Origin: Deinococcales bacterium
GTDB lineage: Bacteria > Deinococcota > Deinococci > Deinococcales > JAAFIG01
Reading direction: 5' to 3'
Assembly: GCA_031414595.1 (NCBI GenBank)
Contig: JANNVX010000017.1
Coordinates: 1-51,584 of the forward strand
DNA: 51,584 nt
Part shown: positions 28,948 to 40,311 of the stretch, one piece after another
How positions within the stretch are numbered: the first letter of the stretch is position 1
Layout of the letters: every line of letters begins with the position of its first letter
The notes under the pieces: model-generated
Told to the model about the DNA's origin: nothing
The model's database searches: none
Seen by the model: only the letters and a program-made list of their open reading frames with translations
Program-made: the position numbers and the translations under genes

Positions 28948-29643
28948 ATGAAAGTTGTTTTACTTCTTGCCTTGTTTATCTCGAGCGCCTTTGCCCAAAG
29001 GCTGCAAGATGCCCTACTGCTCTATGCCAATGGTGACTTTTTAGAAGCCAGTCAAGTTGCCCAAAAACTCGAGACAACGGAAGGTTTTGCCCTAGCTTCA
29101 CGGGCATTGTACGAACATGCAATGGAATTACCGATTTCTAAGCGCGAGCCTCTGATGGTGCGTTGTGAAAAATTTGCTCGAGAATCGCTGGACTTAAACC
29201 CTAAGAACGCCGATGCCTTTTTTGAACTTGGCGCAAGTGCTGGGCAGTTTGCTTTGCTGCGCGGGACAGTCTGGGCGTTTTTGAATGGTGTGCCGCAACA
29301 AATTCGTGGGTATTTTGAACGCAGTCTTGAATTAAATCCGCGTCATGTCTACGCCATGGTTGCCTTGGCGCGTTGGCACGCCGAAGTGGTGGTGGGTGGT
29401 GGTGGTTTTTTGTACAACGCCAGTGCCGAAGAAGCCCTGAGATTACTGAATTTAGCTGTGCGAACTGAACCAAAAAACATCAATGTACGGGTCAATTTTG
29501 CCGAAACCCTGATGGTCTTAGATAAAAATAATAAAGCCGCCGCCAAAACCCAACTCGAGATTGCCCTGACCCTAGACCCCAAAGATGCGTTAGAACGCAA
29601 AGCCTTAGATGCCGCCAAGCGCGGCTTGGTACAGTTAAAATAA
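28948..29643 (+). CDS. Secreted TPR-like protein
   Basis: Signal peptide MKVVLLLALFISSAFA; LDLNPKNADA, LELNP, LTLDP repeats. Confidence 0.8.
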   Translation: MKVVLLLALFISSAFAQRLQDALLLYANGDFLEASQVAQKLETTEGFALASRALYEHAMELPISKREPLMVRCEKFARESLDLNPKNADAFFELGASAGQFALLRGTVWAFLNGVPQQIRGYFERSLELNPRHVYAMVALARWHAEVVVGGGGFLYNASAEEALRLLNLAVRTEPKNINVRVNFAETLMVLDKNNKAAAKTQLEIALTLDPKDALERKALDAAKRGLVQLK

Positions 29644-29699
29644 GTTTTTTGTCAGGCACTGCACAGGTTTTGTAAGTATTAAGCGGTAGACTGCACATT

Positions 29700-30467
29700 A
29701 TGATTGAAGTTCAGAATTTCGAGAAACGCTTTGGAAGGGTCGCCGCCGTGCAGAATGTCAGTTTTTCTGTGCCTCCCGGTCAGGTCTTTGGTTTACTCGG
29801 TCCAAATGGCGCAGGTAAAACCACGACCATCCGAGCCATGGTTGGTCTGACTCGCCCCTCGAGTGGTCTGGTGCGGGTCGCAGGGTTTGATGTCTGGAAA
29901 GAACCCGTCAAAGCCAAAGCCGCTTTTGGTTATATTCCAGACCGTCCATATTTGTACGGCAAATTAACGGCTCGAGAACTGCTGCGTTTTATTGCTGGCT
30001 TACATAAATTAAAAAATGCCGAACCAGAGATTAACCGTTGGCTCGAGTTTTTTTCTTTGGAGAACTTTGCCAACGAGTTAATCGAAACTTTTTCGCATGG
30101 CATGAAACAAAAATTGACAATTATTGCCGCCATGCTGCCAGAGCCGCCAGTGCTGATTGTGGATGAACCGATGGTTGGGCTTGACCCAAAGGCAGCCAAA
30201 CAAGCCCGTGAAATTTTGGCTGGTTATGCCGCCAAAGGCAACACGGTCTTATTAACTACCCATAGCCTCCCCGTTGCCGAGGCGGTAGCCCACCGTATTG
30301 CGGTGCTGGATAGGGGTCGTGTACTTGCCGAGGGAACGCTTGAAGAGTTACAGAACCGCACCAATGAAGAACGCAGTGGGGTCGAGGGCAATACACTGGA
30401 ACGAATTTTCTTTAAGTTGGTCGAAGAAGAGGCGCTAGAGCGTGAACGCGAAAAGGTTATCGCATGA
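29700..30467 (+). CDS. ABC transporter ATP-binding protein
   Basis: GPNGAGKTT, FSHGMKQK, VDEPMVGLDP. Confidence 0.95.
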   Translation: MIEVQNFEKRFGRVAAVQNVSFSVPPGQVFGLLGPNGAGKTTTIRAMVGLTRPSSGLVRVAGFDVWKEPVKAKAAFGYIPDRPYLYGKLTARELLRFIAGLHKLKNAEPEINRWLEFFSLENFANELIETFSHGMKQKLTIIAAMLPEPPVLIVDEPMVGLDPKAAKQAREILAGYAAKGNTVLLTTHSLPVAEAVAHRIAVLDRGRVLAEGTLEELQNRTNEERSGVEGNTLERIFFKLVEEEALEREREKVIA

Positions 30468-32224
30468 GTCTGGTCTCAAGCAGCCAAGCCTCAACCGTGC
30501 GTTACTCGAGTTCTTTATTAGGGGTTAAATGGCTCAGTCTTAAAAACGCGGTGCTGCGCGGCAATCGCTGGAGTTATTTGGCGGTGCTTATGTTTGTACT
30601 GCTGGTGGCGTGGGGTGAATTTGCTGGCACGACCCGCGCCCTCGAGTACGTCTGTGATGCTGGTCGGGGGTTTTTAGACTTTAATCGCAAATGCTCGATT
30701 ATTGGCACTTCGATTGCTTCGCGGGTTCTCGAGAATGGCTTGTTGGTGCTTGGGGCGGGTGTAACTTTTTCGGCGATTACCACTGCGATTACCACACTTT
30801 ATACCTCCGATGACCTCAATTTTTTATTGGCGCAACCTCTGCCAAGCGCTCGGGTTTTTGCAGTCAAGTTGTTCGATACTTACCTTTCGGCGGCGGGTAT
30901 TCCCAGTTTGTTGTTGGTTGCGCCGCTCATGGCGTTGGGTGTGTTTTTCCAAGCGGCTTGGTGGTATTTTCCACTGGCGTTATTAGCTGCCTTTATTACT
31001 TTTGCGCTCCCTGTCGGACTTGGGGCAACGATTGCGATTGGTTTGATGCGCCTTTCACCGGCTGGACGGGTCAAAGAAGTGGCGACTGGTCTTGGTGTGG
31101 TGATGTCGGCTGGGCTTGTCTACGTGATTCGTGCCGCTCGCCCAGAAGATTTATTAAAGCAACTCAATAACATTGCCGCCGATGATAACGCCATAGATAA
31201 AATCGTTGAGCAATTTGGTGGGGCGGGTAATCCTTTTTTACCCTCGAGTTGGGCAAGTACCTTTATTTGGAGCAGCGCCCGAGGTGACTTTAACAACGGG
31301 ATTATTTTTTTAACGGTGCTGGCAATACTCTTAATGCTGATTGCCCACTGGCTTGCGACCAAAGCCTATTTAGAAGGTTGGGTGCGTGGCTTAGAAAGTT
31401 CTCGAGTCAAACTCGACCCAACCAAGCGCCAAGCCAGTATTTTTGAGAATCTACTTGGGCGGTTCGGTGCGGCTGGGCATCTCATCACCAAGGATGTGCG
31501 CTTGCTGTTTCGTGATGCGACCCAATGGTCACAATTGCTGATTTTGGTTGCGCTGGGCGGGGTTTATGTGGTTTCAGTGCGGGCAGTGCCGGGCTTAGAT
31601 GCCGGTAATGCCGAACAAGCCAAGCTCTATAAAAACGCATTGGGTTTCTTAACCATTGCCTTTCAGGGCTTTGTGATTGCTGGCGTAGGTGTGCGGATGG
31701 CATTCCCAAGCATTTCACTCGAGGGCAGTGGCTATTGGTTACTGCGAACCTCTCCCCTTTCGGCGCGGCAAATTGTGATGGCTAAATTCTGGGGCGCATT
31801 ACCACCGACGCTGTTGCTTGCCTTATGCCTAGGTTGGTTCGCGGCACGCAGTTTAGATTTAACCCCGATTATCACTGCCATGAGCGTACTGGTCGGCTTC
31901 TCGAGTGCCTTTGTAATGACGGGGCTAGGGGTTGGGATTGGTGCGGCTGTGCCTCGTTTTAAGTTCGATAACCCCGCCGAGGTTGCGGTCAGTGCTGGCG
32001 GTTTAATTTACATGGGTAGTGCAATTATTTTTGGTGGCATTCTGACCGTGATTGCCGCCCGACCCGCTTATGTCAGTATTTCGGATGTGCGCTACAGCCA
32101 AGGACTCGAGTATTTTGGCAGCCGCGAAGGGCTGCTCATCCTTGGGCTGATGTTTATTTTAAGTGTCCTAGGCACGATTTTACCGATGTGGTTTGGTTGG
32201 ACAAGGCTCGATAAGCACGAATAA
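30464..32224 (+). CDS. Putative ABC exporter permease
   Basis: Multi-TM, KD.RLLFRD..QWSQ, FPSISLEG; coupled to the ATPase. Confidence 0.85.
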   Translation: MSLVSSSQASTVRYSSSLLGVKWLSLKNAVLRGNRWSYLAVLMFVLLVAWGEFAGTTRALEYVCDAGRGFLDFNRKCSIIGTSIASRVLENGLLVLGAGVTFSAITTAITTLYTSDDLNFLLAQPLPSARVFAVKLFDTYLSAAGIPSLLLVAPLMALGVFFQAAWWYFPLALLAAFITFALPVGLGATIAIGLMRLSPAGRVKEVATGLGVVMSAGLVYVIRAARPEDLLKQLNNIAADDNAIDKIVEQFGGAGNPFLPSSWASTFIWSSARGDFNNGIIFLTVLAILLMLIAHWLATKAYLEGWVRGLESSRVKLDPTKRQASIFENLLGRFGAAGHLITKDVRLLFRDATQWSQLLILVALGGVYVVSVRAVPGLDAGNAEQAKLYKNALGFLTIAFQGFVIAGVGVRMAFPSISLEGSGYWLLRTSPLSARQIVMAKFWGALPPTLLLALCLGWFAARSLDLTPIITAMSVLVGFSSAFVMTGLGVGIGAAVPRFKFDNPAEVAVSAGGLIYMGSAIIFGGILTVIAARPAYVSISDVRYSQGLEYFGSREGLLILGLMFILSVLGTILPMWFGWTRLDKHE

Positions 32225-32263
32225 GTCTCGAGCAGCCAATTTGCAGTTTTGGTGTTTTTAGAA

Positions 32264-32300
32264 TATATTGCAGATGCAAGTAAGTATATTGCAAATGCAA
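32264..32300. promoter_or_regulatory. Tandem palindromic operators upstream of the TA operon
   Basis: TATATTGCAGATGCAA (32264-32279) and TATATTGCAAATGCAA (32285-32300), 21 bp apart. Confidence 0.7.
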
Positions 32301-32311
32301 AATAGGAGCTT

Positions 32312-32758
32312 ATGAATCAAATCTCACGGACACAATTAAAATACCAAAGCATTTTCGGGGCAGATTTAACCATTGAATCGGTACTCTTGCAAAAACCAAT
32401 TCAAGCCGATGAGACCATTCAAGACATCATACCAAACCAACCAAAAGTCTGGATTTTAGCGCTACAAAAAATGCTTGGGGTCAATCAAAACATCGTTCTG
32501 GACTTAATTGGAATGCACCCTTCGCGCCTAAGCCGCAGCAAAGTCAATCGTTTTGAAATCATTGAACGGGCAGCCGAAGTGATTAAAATTTTTAGTCGTC
32601 TCGAGGATACACTAGGCACTCAAAAAGCCCAACACTGGTTAAATGCCCCACATCTACTGCTTGAGGGAAATACACCATTACAACTGATGCGTTCAATTGC
32701 TGGATTAAATAAAGTTACGGATTTAATTTTAGCACTTGAAGATGGTGTCTTTTTGTGA
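32312..32758 (+). CDS. Antitoxin Xre/MbcA/ParS
   Basis: C-terminal AQHWLNAPH..LEGNTPLQLM...LEDGVFL. Confidence 0.85.
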   Translation: MNQISRTQLKYQSIFGADLTIESVLLQKPIQADETIQDIIPNQPKVWILALQKMLGVNQNIVLDLIGMHPSRLSRSKVNRFEIIERAAEVIKIFSRLEDTLGTQKAQHWLNAPHLLLEGNTPLQLMRSIAGLNKVTDLILALEDGVFL

Positions 32759-33240
32759 TTTATGCTTACCGATTAACCAAAAGCCCGAATCAGTTCTATG
32801 CCTTTTCTGGCGAAGGCGCAAAGCGTTACCCCGGACGTTGGAATACGCTTGGCGTTCCAGTGGTTTACTTAGCCGAGCATTTAGCGGTTGCCACCCTCGA
32901 GATTTTAGTTCATTGGCATGAAGTCAGCGAAGTTTCTGGTTATGTCTACTATCAGGTGCAAATAGAACCTTTGGCAATAGAAACAGCCAACATGAACGAA
33001 GTTTCTAAAGATTGGGCAAACGCCACTGCCACCACATCCACCAAAGAATACGGTACAACATGGGCGCAACAATTGCGTTCACCTGTGCTGTGCGTCCCTA
33101 GTGCAGTTGTCCCAGAAGCGAAAAATTATATCCTCAATCCGCTCCACCCCGAATTACTGCAAGCCATTGAAATCAAAGCGCCTCAACCCTACCGACTAGA
33201 TGAGCGCCTAGAGCAACTCCTCAGCAATGCCATGCCTTAA
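32755..33240 (+). CDS. RES-domain toxin (NAD+ phosphorylase family)
   Basis: YRL, GEGA...GRWN, ATLEILVH, VPSAVVP..NYILNP.HP. Confidence 0.92.
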   Translation: MIYAYRLTKSPNQFYAFSGEGAKRYPGRWNTLGVPVVYLAEHLAVATLEILVHWHEVSEVSGYVYYQVQIEPLAIETANMNEVSKDWANATATTSTKEYGTTWAQQLRSPVLCVPSAVVPEAKNYILNPLHPELLQAIEIKAPQPYRLDERLEQLLSNAMP

Positions 33241-33321
33241 AATGCCCTTGCGCTCTTAAGCCTTATTTGCTATATTCTCGAGGCTGCCTCGAAAACTCGA
33301 GGTGTTTATTAGGGGTTCATT

Positions 33322-33474
33322 ATGAAACGTACTTGGCAACCAAATCGTCGTAAACGCGCTAAGACCCACGGTTTTCGCGCTCGTATGTCCACAGCTAATG
33401 GTCGTAGTGTCTTGTCACGTCGTCGTGCCAAGGGTCGTACAATCATTGCGGTTAAATCACCGCGTTTTAAGTAA
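33322..33474 (+). CDS. rpmH: 50S ribosomal protein L34 (not in ORF track)
   Basis: [22 protein letters not shown]...RRRAKGR. Confidence 0.98.
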   Translation: MKRTWQPNRRKRAKTHGFRARMSTANGRSVLSRRRAKGRTIIAVKSPRFK

Positions 33475-33483
33475 GGTTTTTTC

Positions 33484-33864
33484 ATGACGAAGCCTCGAGT
33501 GCAACCTCTCGAGGCTTCTGTTGTTGCTAAAATACCCTTTAAGCCCGCAAAACTAGAAGGCTTAACCAAGGATTGGCGTTTTCGGCGTATCAGAAACAAA
33601 GGTAAACCCGGACGGGCAAGTATCCTCAGTCTAAAATGGATTCCCACTAAACAAGGTTTATTTGTCGGAATTGTGGCTTCTAAAAAAGTCGGCAATGCCG
33701 TCACCCGAAACCGAATTCGGCGGCGTATCCGCGAAGCCCTGCGCCGCATGGATTTACCGCCACTCGAAGCCGTGATTATTGCTAACCCTGAAGCCGCCAA
33801 AGCCCGTTACCCAGAGGTTGTTAAAGCCCTGTACGCAGCCATGCGTAAAGCTGGAATGAAATGA
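33484..33864 (+). CDS. rnpA: Ribonuclease P protein component
   Basis: [20 protein letters not shown]. Confidence 0.95.
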   Translation: MTKPRVQPLEASVVAKIPFKPAKLEGLTKDWRFRRIRNKGKPGRASILSLKWIPTKQGLFVGIVASKKVGNAVTRNRIRRRIREALRRMDLPPLEAVIIANPEAAKARYPEVVKALYAAMRKAGMK

Positions 33865-34124
33865 TGTTTGACCCTTTCCAGAACCGTGATTCTAAACGCC
33901 CTAGCTTGGTAGCTCGAGGCTTACTAGCCAGTATTTCGGGGTATCAGAAATTCTTGTCGCCGCTTAAGGGTGCGCCGACTTGTCGGTTTTATCCAACCTG
34001 TTCAGCGTATGCGTTTTTGGCAGTCCAGAGGCATGGTGCGGTCAAAGGTACTTTCTTAGCAGTCAAAAGAATTCTAAAATGCCAGCCGTTACATCCGGGT
34101 GGAATTGATCATGTGCCGGATTGA
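33861..34124 (+). CDS. yidD: Membrane protein insertion efficiency factor
   Basis: [10 protein letters not shown]...[14 protein letters not shown]. Confidence 0.95.
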   Translation: MMFDPFQNRDSKRPSLVARGLLASISGYQKFLSPLKGAPTCRFYPTCSAYAFLAVQRHGAVKGTFLAVKRILKCQPLHPGGIDHVPD

Positions 34125-34163
34125 ATCGGGAACTTATATTCTCGTTGGTGCGTAAGGAGCTAG

Positions 34164-35699
34164 ATGAAGAAATTGTTTTTAGCGGCGTTGGCTGCTTTGT
34201 TGTTTGCCACGCCTGCTTTTGCCTTAGAAGCCCAGTGGACTTCGGTGGATGTAAATAAAGATGGTTCACTCGAGACCGTAGCCATTACCAACGTGGCTGA
34301 TGTTGCATTTAATGACCAAGGACAGATTGTTGGTTGGTATGAAAAACTCTATAAAGGCACAGATTATAAGGGTGCTTATGAGGGCAAGCCCAATTTACTA
34401 CCCGTTGGGATTAAAACCAGCACGATTGCTTTAAGTGGCACAGTTAAGTCCGAAAAACCACTGACCAGTTTAGAAAAAACCGCCGATGGTGGAGGGGCTT
34501 TTTTAACAGGCGTGTTTAGGTACAGCCAAGGCAATGCCACAGTTGAGAAAAAATACATCCTTAATTCAAGGCGTTTAACCTTGCAACTCGAGACTAAGGT
34601 TTCGGGGGTAGTGGATTATCAACTCGAGTTTGTTGGTTTGGGCGGCGATGCTCGGGCGGCGGTCAAAGCCTTGGAGACTGGTTCGACCCAGCCCATCAGT
34701 GCTGGCGAAGTCAAACAAGCCATCTATACCAGTTTGCAATGCTGCACCAATTTATTAAATCCCAATGGTCAAGCGGTGGTAGTGCGCCCAGAAACACCAG
34801 TTCCCGCTAAAGTTGGTACACGCCAAATTGAGCGCTTGGTCAACAACAACAAAGAAAACCTTGAAATCTCGAGTATTACCCTGACCTTACCGGGCAATAA
34901 AGTCACGAAATTTGCGATTTACGGTGGTTTTAACGAGTTGGTGCGTTTGCATCAAGAAAAACACGATACCTTGCCGGGTTTGTTTCAACCCAATATTTTC
35001 GGGCAGTTATCGCTTTTTTTAATTGGTATTTTTGAAGCGGTTAAGAATGTGGTCGGTGATTGGGGTTTAGCGATTATTATTTTAACAGTCATTATTCGGC
35101 TTTTAATCACCCCGCTTTTGATGCAGCAGTACCGCTCGAGCGCCGAAATGCAGGCTTTGCAGCCGTTCTTAGTCGAACTAAAAGAAAAGTACAAAGAAGA
35201 CCCACAAAAACTTCAAGAAGAAACCATGAAAATCTATCAGCAAAACGGGATTAACCCCGTGGCGGGTTGCTTGCCTGCCTTTGCCCAAATGCCCGTGTTT
35301 CTGGTCTTATGGAAGATTTTTAGCAATTACGAATTTGACCAAGGATTCTTATGGTTGCCCGACCTTGGCTTACCAGACCCGTTTTATATTCTGCCCGTCT
35401 TGTACCTCGCCTCGAGTGTGCTGGCAACTTGGCTCAGTACCCGTAAAACCCCAGATATGTTTAGACAAATGATCATTATTCAATTTGTCTTTGCTTTTAT
35501 TTACCTTTCTTTCCCTAGCGGTGTGACGATGTACGGTGTGATTGGCGGCTTTATTGGCGCGTTCCAACAATGGATGATGCTCCAACAAGTCGAAAAACAA
35601 GTCGCGGTCAAAGCGGCTGCCATTAACGCCAAGAACGCTGCCGCCGATAAGCCAAGCTCGAGTAAACCCGTTAAAACGATCAACGCCAAAGCCAAGTAG
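34164..35699 (+). CDS. yidC: Membrane protein insertase YidC
   Basis: WGLAIIILTVIIR, INPVAGCLP..QMP, WLPDL..PDP. Confidence 0.95.
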   Translation: MKKLFLAALAALLFATPAFALEAQWTSVDVNKDGSLETVAITNVADVAFNDQGQIVGWYEKLYKGTDYKGAYEGKPNLLPVGIKTSTIALSGTVKSEKPLTSLEKTADGGGAFLTGVFRYSQGNATVEKKYILNSRRLTLQLETKVSGVVDYQLEFVGLGGDARAAVKALETGSTQPISAGEVKQAIYTSLQCCTNLLNPNGQAVVVRPETPVPAKVGTRQIERLVNNNKENLEISSITLTLPGNKVTKFAIYGGFNELVRLHQEKHDTLPGLFQPNIFGQLSLFLIGIFEAVKNVVGDWGLAIIILTVIIRLLITPLLMQQYRSSAEMQALQPFLVELKEKYKEDPQKLQEETMKIYQQNGINPVAGCLPAFAQMPVFLVLWKIFSNYEFDQGFLWLPDLGLPDPFYILPVLYLASSVLATWLSTRKTPDMFRQMIIIQFVFAFIYLSFPSGVTMYGVIGGFIGAFQQWMMLQQVEKQVAVKAAAINAKNAAADKPSSSKPVKTINAKAK

Positions 35700-35908
35700 A
35701 ACCTCCGAAGGTCTTAAATTTTTAGAAATTTTCGTCAAGCACATAAATGGAAAAATAGGGCGAACACGGGGGTTCGCCCCTACCTCACACGTTTTTATGC
35801 CATGATTGTAGGGACAGGCGAACATGCCCGAAGGTGCGCGTTTATGGTCAAGACACCACTGTGTCTGTTCTGTAACTGACGATAAAATGGCATTCTTTCG
35901 GAGGCTTT
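35699..35908. mobile_element. MITE-like element carrying an inverted GTAG-REP pair and a micro-element copy
   Basis: Ends GAACCTCCGAA / TTCGGAGGCTT; REPs at 35758-35783 and 35808-35870; micro-element at 35818-35852. Confidence 0.55.
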
Positions 35909-35988
35909 AACCAAGTAAATCTTCACAGCCCTGTGGTCTTTTGAGTTAAACTCGAGGGCATGACCCTGTTTTTATTCTCGAGGTACTT

Positions 35989-37464
35989 TTGTTAGCCAAA
36001 GCCTTTAGCGCGGCTGTGATTGGAGTCAATGCCATCCCCATCGAAATCGAAGTGGATGTGGCACATGGGTTGCCTAATTTTACAGTTGTGGGTTTGCCCG
36101 ATGCGGCTGTCCAAGAAAGCCGTGACCGAGTACGCGCCGCCATCAAAAACAGTGGTTTTCAATTTCCAGCTTCTCGGATTACGGTCAATCTTGCCCCTGC
36201 TGATGTCCGCAAAGAAGGCTCGAGTTTTGATTTACCAATTGCACTGGCATTACTGGCGGCTCAAGGGCATTTACCACTCGAGGCACTGAACCAATTTTTT
36301 ATTGCGGGAGAACTGGCACTGGACGGCACGGTTCGCCCAGTCTCGAGTGCAATTAACATTGCGCTGTGTGCGTTGCAACAAAAACGCGCTTTTGTGATGC
36401 TGCCACCAGCCAATGCGGGTGAGGCGGCGGTGCTGGATGGGCTTGAGGTTTTTGCGCCACTCAATCTGCTCGAGGCAGTCCAGCATTTATCGGGTAAGCA
36501 ATTACTGAAGCCAAGTGCAGCCGAGGTGCTTGCGCCAGACACCAACAGTTTACTCGACATGTCGGATATTAAAGCCCAAGCTCAGGCTCGGCGGGCGCTC
36601 GAGATTGCTGTGGCTGGACATCATAATCTGCTCTTAATCGGACCTCCGGGCAGTGGCAAAACCATGATTGCTCGTCGGGCGATTGGGTTATGTCCGCCGT
36701 TATCGAACACCGAAGCCTTGGAGGTTACACGCATTCACTCGGCGGCAGGTCGGATGCCCAAAGGACTGCTGCGAACCGCTCCGTTTAGGTCGCCGCACCA
36801 CAGTATCTCGGATGCTGGTTTAATCGGCGGTGGCACAATTCCACGCCCGGGCGAGGTCAGTTTAGCCCATCATGGGATACTCTTTTTGGATGAATTCCCA
36901 GAGTTTTCCCGCGATGCTCTCGAGGCACTGCGTCAACCATTAGAAGACCGCGAAATCACAATTTCTCGCGCTCGAGCCAGTGTAACTTTTCCTGCTGCTT
37001 TTCAGTTAATTGCTGCCATGAATCCAAGCCCGAGTGGAGAATGGCGCGATTCTGCCGACCCAGCGCAGCGCAGGTACTTGGCTAAAATCTCTGGACCGCT
37101 TTTAGACCGCATAGATTTGGTGGTTTCGGTACAAAAACTCAGTCCCGACGAACTGACCAAAACAACTGAATCTGAATCTACGGCGGCTGTACGAACCAGA
37201 GTTTGGGCGGCTCGAGAACAAATGCAGAGCCGCCAAGCCACCGCCAATGCTTTTTTACAGGGTGCTAAACTGCGAAAACACGCCCAACTTGGCATTGCCC
37301 CAGAAAACTTTATCAAAGCTGTAGCCAAACAAATGGGTTTATCTGGGCGTGGTTATGACCGTTTGCTTCGGGTAGCACGAACCATTGCCGATTTAGGCGG
37401 CGCGGAATCTATTCTCGAGCCTCATCTGGCAGAAGCAGTATCATATCGACAACGGGATTGGTGA
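35989..37464 (+). CDS. comM: YifB/ComM Mg-chelatase-like AAA+ ATPase
   Basis: [38 protein letters not shown]. Confidence 0.92.
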   Translation: MLAKAFSAAVIGVNAIPIEIEVDVAHGLPNFTVVGLPDAAVQESRDRVRAAIKNSGFQFPASRITVNLAPADVRKEGSSFDLPIALALLAAQGHLPLEALNQFFIAGELALDGTVRPVSSAINIALCALQQKRAFVMLPPANAGEAAVLDGLEVFAPLNLLEAVQHLSGKQLLKPSAAEVLAPDTNSLLDMSDIKAQAQARRALEIAVAGHHNLLLIGPPGSGKTMIARRAIGLCPPLSNTEALEVTRIHSAAGRMPKGLLRTAPFRSPHHSISDAGLIGGGTIPRPGEVSLAHHGILFLDEFPEFSRDALEALRQPLEDREITISRARASVTFPAAFQLIAAMNPSPSGEWRDSADPAQRRYLAKISGPLLDRIDLVVSVQKLSPDELTKTTESESTAAVRTRVWAAREQMQSRQATANAFLQGAKLRKHAQLGIAPENFIKAVAKQMGLSGRGYDRLLRVARTIADLGGAESILEPHLAEAVSYRQRDW

Positions 37465-37469
37465 GTTGA

Positions 37470-38330
37470 ATGGAATTACTGGTTCAAACTTTTCTGAATG
37501 GCTTATTGCAAAGCGGCATTTATGCGCTGGTAGCAACAGGCTTAGCCCTAGCAGTCGGCGTGGTGGGTATTGTTAATTTTGCCCACGGCGAATTTTTGAT
37601 GGTTGGTGCATTTATCAGTTATGCACTTTTAACCGTGCTGGGCATAGACCCAATTTTGGGATTTTTTATCGTCACAGCCGTGATGTTTGCTTTTGGTGCG
37701 TTTATTTACCGCACAACTTTACGCCATGTCTTAAAAGCCCCAGAACTCAACCAAATGCTGCTGACTTTTGGCATTGGGATTGTCCTGACCAATCTGGCAT
37801 TACAAATTTATGGTAGCACCCCACGCACCTTAAACCTCGAGTACCAAGGCTCGAGTTTACAACTTTTTGGGCTAAGCATTGGCTATGCTAGGGGCGCGTC
37901 TTTTTTACTGGCTGCCCTGATTATGCTTGCGCTCTACACCATGCTTTCTAAAACCCGCACCGGTAAAAGTATGCAAGCCATTGCCCAGAACCGCACGGGC
38001 GCAGTGCTGATTGGACTCGAGGTGGATAAACTGTACCTCATTGCCTTTGGCATCTCGAGTGCCTTAGCGGGTATGGCTGGGGTGATGGTCAGTGTGCTTT
38101 TATACGCCAGTCCTTATGTCGGTTTGGTTTATACCCTAAAAGCCTTTGCGGTGATTGTCATGGCTGGACTGGGCAATCTGCGTGGCGTTATTCCGGCGGC
38201 TGTAGTGCTTGGTTTAACCGAAAGCTATGTGCAGACCTATGCCCCAGACGGTGGCGGTTGGGCAGAAGCGGTCTTCTTTGCCCTGATTTTTGCTACCCTG
38301 ATTTGGCGCTCTTGGCGCAGCGTTTCTTAG
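37470..38330 (+). CDS. Branched-chain amino acid ABC permease (LivH-like), orphan in this window
   Basis: YALVATGLAL..G..VNFAHGEF, KAFAVIVMAGLG. Confidence 0.9.
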   Translation: MELLVQTFLNGLLQSGIYALVATGLALAVGVVGIVNFAHGEFLMVGAFISYALLTVLGIDPILGFFIVTAVMFAFGAFIYRTTLRHVLKAPELNQMLLTFGIGIVLTNLALQIYGSTPRTLNLEYQGSSLQLFGLSIGYARGASFLLAALIMLALYTMLSKTRTGKSMQAIAQNRTGAVLIGLEVDKLYLIAFGISSALAGMAGVMVSVLLYASPYVGLVYTLKAFAVIVMAGLGNLRGVIPAAVVLGLTESYVQTYAPDGGGWAEAVFFALIFATLIWRSWRSVS

Positions 38331-38377
38331 CTTAAATCGGTTAAACTCGAGGACATCAACATTAAAGGAGTTTTTTC

Positions 38378-40309
38378 ATGTCAGAAAATCACATTGAATC
38401 TGTACTGCACGAAACCCGCCGTTTTGCCCCACCAAGCGACTTTGCTGGCAACCTTTCGCTCGAGCAGTTTAAGGGCATGTACAAGCACAGTTTAGACAAC
38501 CCCGAGGATTTTTGGGCTGGCATTGCTCGGCAACTGCATTGGTTTGAACCGTGGACTAAAGTTCTCGAGTGGAATGAACCTCATGCCCAGTGGTTTGTGG
38601 GTGGCAAAACCAATCTCAGTTATAACTGTTTAGACCGCCATCTCGAGAAAAACGCGGATAAAATTGCGCTGGTCTGGGAAGGCGAACCGAGCGATGTTCG
38701 CAAACTGACTTATGCAGAACTGCATACCGAAGTCTGTAAATTTGCCAATGTGCTTAAGAATCTTGGGGTCAAGTCTGGAGACCGAATCACGATTTACCTC
38801 CCGATGATTGTTGAAGCGGTGGTGGCAATGCTGGCGTGTACTCGAGTTGGTGCGACCCATAGTGTGGTCTTTGGTGGCTTTAGTGCTGGCGCTCTGGCAG
38901 ACCGCATTAACGATTGCGGCTCGACGCTGCTGATTACCGCAGATGGCAGTTACCGCCGTGGGGCAATTGTGCCACTGAAACAAAATGTAGACGAAGCCCT
39001 CGAGAATGCACCGGGTATTCAGCATGTGGTGGTGGTGCGCCGCACTGCCCACGAGATTACATGGGCGGCTCGAGACCACTGGTATCACGAACTGATGGAA
39101 AACGCCTCGAGTGACTGCGAGGCAACGCCGCTAGATGCCGAACATCCACTGTTTATTTTGTACACCTCTGGCAGCACTGGTAAACCCAAAGGGGTACTGC
39201 ACACCACTGGTGGCTATATGGTCGGCACGTACTTGACTGCCAAGTATGTTTTTGACTTACGCCCCACGGATACTTATTTCTGCACTGCCGATATTGGCTG
39301 GATTACTGGTCATAGCTATGTGGTTTATGGGATTCTTGCCAATGCTGGGACAAGCCTGATTTTTGAAGGCGCTCCGAATTATCCACACGCTGGGCGTTTA
39401 TGGGAAATCATCGAAAAGCACCAAGCCACTATTCTTTACACCGCCCCAACCGCAATTCGCAGTTTTATGCGTGGCGGCGATGAGCAACCAAACCGCTTTG
39501 ACTTGTCCTCCTTGCGTTTACTCGGCACAGTCGGCGAACCAATCAATCCCGAAGCATGGCTTTGGTATCACCGCGTGATTGGCAAAGAAAAACTGCCAAT
39601 TATTGATACATGGTGGCAAACCGAAACGGGTAGCATGATGATTACCACCATTCCCGGCGCACACGACACCAAACCGGGCAGCGCTGGACTGCCGATGTTT
39701 GGGGTAGATGCTGCGATTGTGGATAAAGAAGGCAATGAACTTGGCGTAAACGAAGGTGGATTCTTAGTCATTCGTAAGCCCTTTCCCAGTATGCTCAGAA
39801 CTGTCTACGGCGATGATGAACGTTTCAAACGCCAGTATTACGGCGAAATCCCCAACATGTACTTTGCGGGTGACGGCGCACGGCGCGATGAAGACGGATA
39901 TTTTACAATTGTCGGACGCATAGACGATGTGCTGAACGTTTCCGGACACCGTTTAGGGACAATGGAAGTCGAAAGCGCCTTGGTCTCTCACCCAAGTGTT
40001 GCCGAAAGTGCCGTGGTCGGCAGACCCGACCCAATCAAAGGCGAGGGGATTATTGCTTTTGTGACCCTAAAAACAGGCAAAACCGCCACCGCCGAAGAGT
40101 TACGCGCCCATGTCAGCAAAGAAATTGGGGCAATTGCCCGACCCGACGAAATAAAATTCACCGATTCGCTGCCCAAAACCCGAAGTGGTAAAATTATGCG
40201 CCGCTTGCTGCGCCAAATTGCCAGTGGTCAAGCCATGAGCGGCGACACCAGCACGTTAGAAGATGTCAGTGTGATTCAAAAACTCCAAGCTGCCAACGAC
40301 GAGGAATAA
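38378..40309 (+). CDS. acs: Acetyl-CoA synthetase
   Basis: [32 protein letters not shown]. Confidence 0.97.
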   Translation: MSENHIESVLHETRRFAPPSDFAGNLSLEQFKGMYKHSLDNPEDFWAGIARQLHWFEPWTKVLEWNEPHAQWFVGGKTNLSYNCLDRHLEKNADKIALVWEGEPSDVRKLTYAELHTEVCKFANVLKNLGVKSGDRITIYLPMIVEAVVAMLACTRVGATHSVVFGGFSAGALADRINDCGSTLLITADGSYRRGAIVPLKQNVDEALENAPGIQHVVVVRRTAHEITWAARDHWYHELMENASSDCEATPLDAEHPLFILYTSGSTGKPKGVLHTTGGYMVGTYLTAKYVFDLRPTDTYFCTADIGWITGHSYVVYGILANAGTSLIFEGAPNYPHAGRLWEIIEKHQATILYTAPTAIRSFMRGGDEQPNRFDLSSLRLLGTVGEPINPEAWLWYHRVIGKEKLPIIDTWWQTETGSMMITTIPGAHDTKPGSAGLPMFGVDAAIVDKEGNELGVNEGGFLVIRKPFPSMLRTVYGDDERFKRQYYGEIPNMYFAGDGARRDEDGYFTIVGRIDDVLNVSGHRLGTMEVESALVSHPSVAESAVVGRPDPIKGEGIIAFVTLKTGKTATAEELRAHVSKEIGAIARPDEIKFTDSLPKTRSGKIMRRLLRQIASGQAMSGDTSTLEDVSVIQKLQAANDEE

Positions 40310-40311
40310 AT

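Noticed and set aside
33245-33320. Replication origin upstream of rpmH
   Set aside because: No dnaA gene or DnaA-box cluster is visible here.
33309-33800. 163-aa minus-strand ORF
   Set aside because: Antisense to rpmH and rnpA.
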